Shown here one piece after another: positions 63,001 through 64,000 of a stretch of DNA of 64,000 bases. The first letter of the stretch is position 1. Every line of letters starts with the position of its first letter. Below the pieces are notes generated by a model. The model worked only from the letters and a program-made list of their open reading frames with translations, ran no database searches and was not told the DNA's origin. Source of the DNA: Marsupella aquatica (lineage: Eukaryota > Plantae > Marchantiophyta); contig OZ316897.1 in NCBI GenBank assembly GCA_973895155.1, positions 12,585,375 through 12,649,374 of the forward strand. Reading direction: 5' to 3'. A program made the position numbers and the translations under genes.

Positions 63001-63717
63001 CATTTCGGCGCAGGAAGGTCAACAACTCTGTCACAAATATATTGGGAACATTGTGATTGCCACAGATGTTCAACAACAACACGACAAAACCCAGCTTGGA
63101 GCAGTTCGACCCCTCGTAGATAGGAATGCAAGCTTCTTTGATGTGTTTTGGGCCCCCAAACACCCACTCCCTCTTTGCTGCACCTTCCCCAATGTCAAAG
63201 TCAGGTTCAGCTTGGCCGTCGCCAATGTGTGGCTGCGGTTCATTGTCCTCTTCTGATTCCACTGTGTCGTAAAAAGCATCAAGGTCTTCAAAAATCTCTT
63301 GAACCATTCTTGGGACATCCATCCCACCGTCCTCTGTGACTGCCTCTCCATCTCCATCTTGGTCATCCACGTTCTCATGTTGGACCCCAGGACCATCCTC
63401 TGCACAGTCTATGTCCTGCTCTACATAGTCTCTACGCCTAGCTGTATTAGAATCCACAAAGTCAGCTCTCCACTCTTCATCAGAGGAGTCTTCTTCTGCT
63501 GGTACATTCCAAACCCTCCACCGAGGTGCCTTTCATGCCGCAGCAGGTGAAGGTGCACATTGTTTAAACTCAACGACTTGAATCCTTGGCACTGTGTGCA
63601 TGGGCATCTCATCCTCCTACTCCTACCTTGGGCGGCCCGGGCTTGTTCACGCATCCACAATTTAGAATCATGATGCCTAATCCTAAATGGGTTGTGAAGA
63701 GGCAACCTTGGAGCCAT
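60019..63717 (-). pseudogene. TnpD-type CACTA transposase, three exons, with one frameshift near 63525
   Basis: Motifs are MRCPCTQCQG...HLHLLRH (Transpos_assoc), DACPDGCVLF, HFPLIPRLQRL, LSLDGVNPF, YNLPPW, DVMHIEKNI, MKTHDYHVLMQ, RWMYPMERYM and EPFVFPSQVEQAFF. The ORFs 63421-63729 and 61835-63457 are in different frames. Confidence 0.9.
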
Positions 63718-64000
63718 CACTATACACACGCACTCAGCACCCTGTCATTTTATTATGCAAGTGAAAAATACACTTCCTGTTAAGGATTTCACCCCCGACT
63801 GTACTTGCCAAAATACGTAACATTCCAAAAAAACAAAAAAACAAAAAATATAGGTGCCTGAGTCATGTACCTATTCTCAAGTGAATGAGACAAAATTCCT
63901 AAATGTTTGAGGGTGTCAACTCCTCCGCTGTCCTCACATGTACTGCCTGTGCACGTACATCCATGACCATATCAGAGTCCAATCATGTATAGTCATAGAC

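Larger units (their letters stand above)
55843..64000 (-). mobile_element. CACTA (En/Spm) element 2, left TIR CACTAGTAGAAA at 55843, runs off the window
   Basis: The CACTA terminus interrupts Copia pol. There are ACGACT/AGTCGT subterminal repeats (55870-56130) and TnpD plus TnpA-like genes. The expected TSD is TAA. Confidence 0.92.

Overview
Eukaryotic land-plant nuclear DNA, with spliceosomal GT-AG introns and plant-type transposons. A bryophyte or liverwort origin is only a guess. The left half (1-32.9 kb) is gene-poor. It holds an intact 6-exon RPS3A (eS1) gene, a decayed 3-exon ZPR1 fragment, several MITE/foldback elements, a probable Helitron end and an intact intronless L-type lectin receptor kinase. 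The right half (33.1-64 kb) is one deeply nested transposon stack. Its core is three copies of an unclassified element. The complete copy (35074-39832) has TGTGATGC...GCACCACA ends, a 5-bp TSD (CATCT), no internal LTR pair, no PBS and no RT/integrase/transposase. It carries one ~1154-codon frame with a PMD/Transposase_32-like region and a long coiled coil. Nested inside the stack are a putative MULE-like element carrying Ulp1 SUMO-protease, FCP1-like phosphatase and zinc-finger pseudogenes, then a CACTA element, a Copia element and a second CACTA element.
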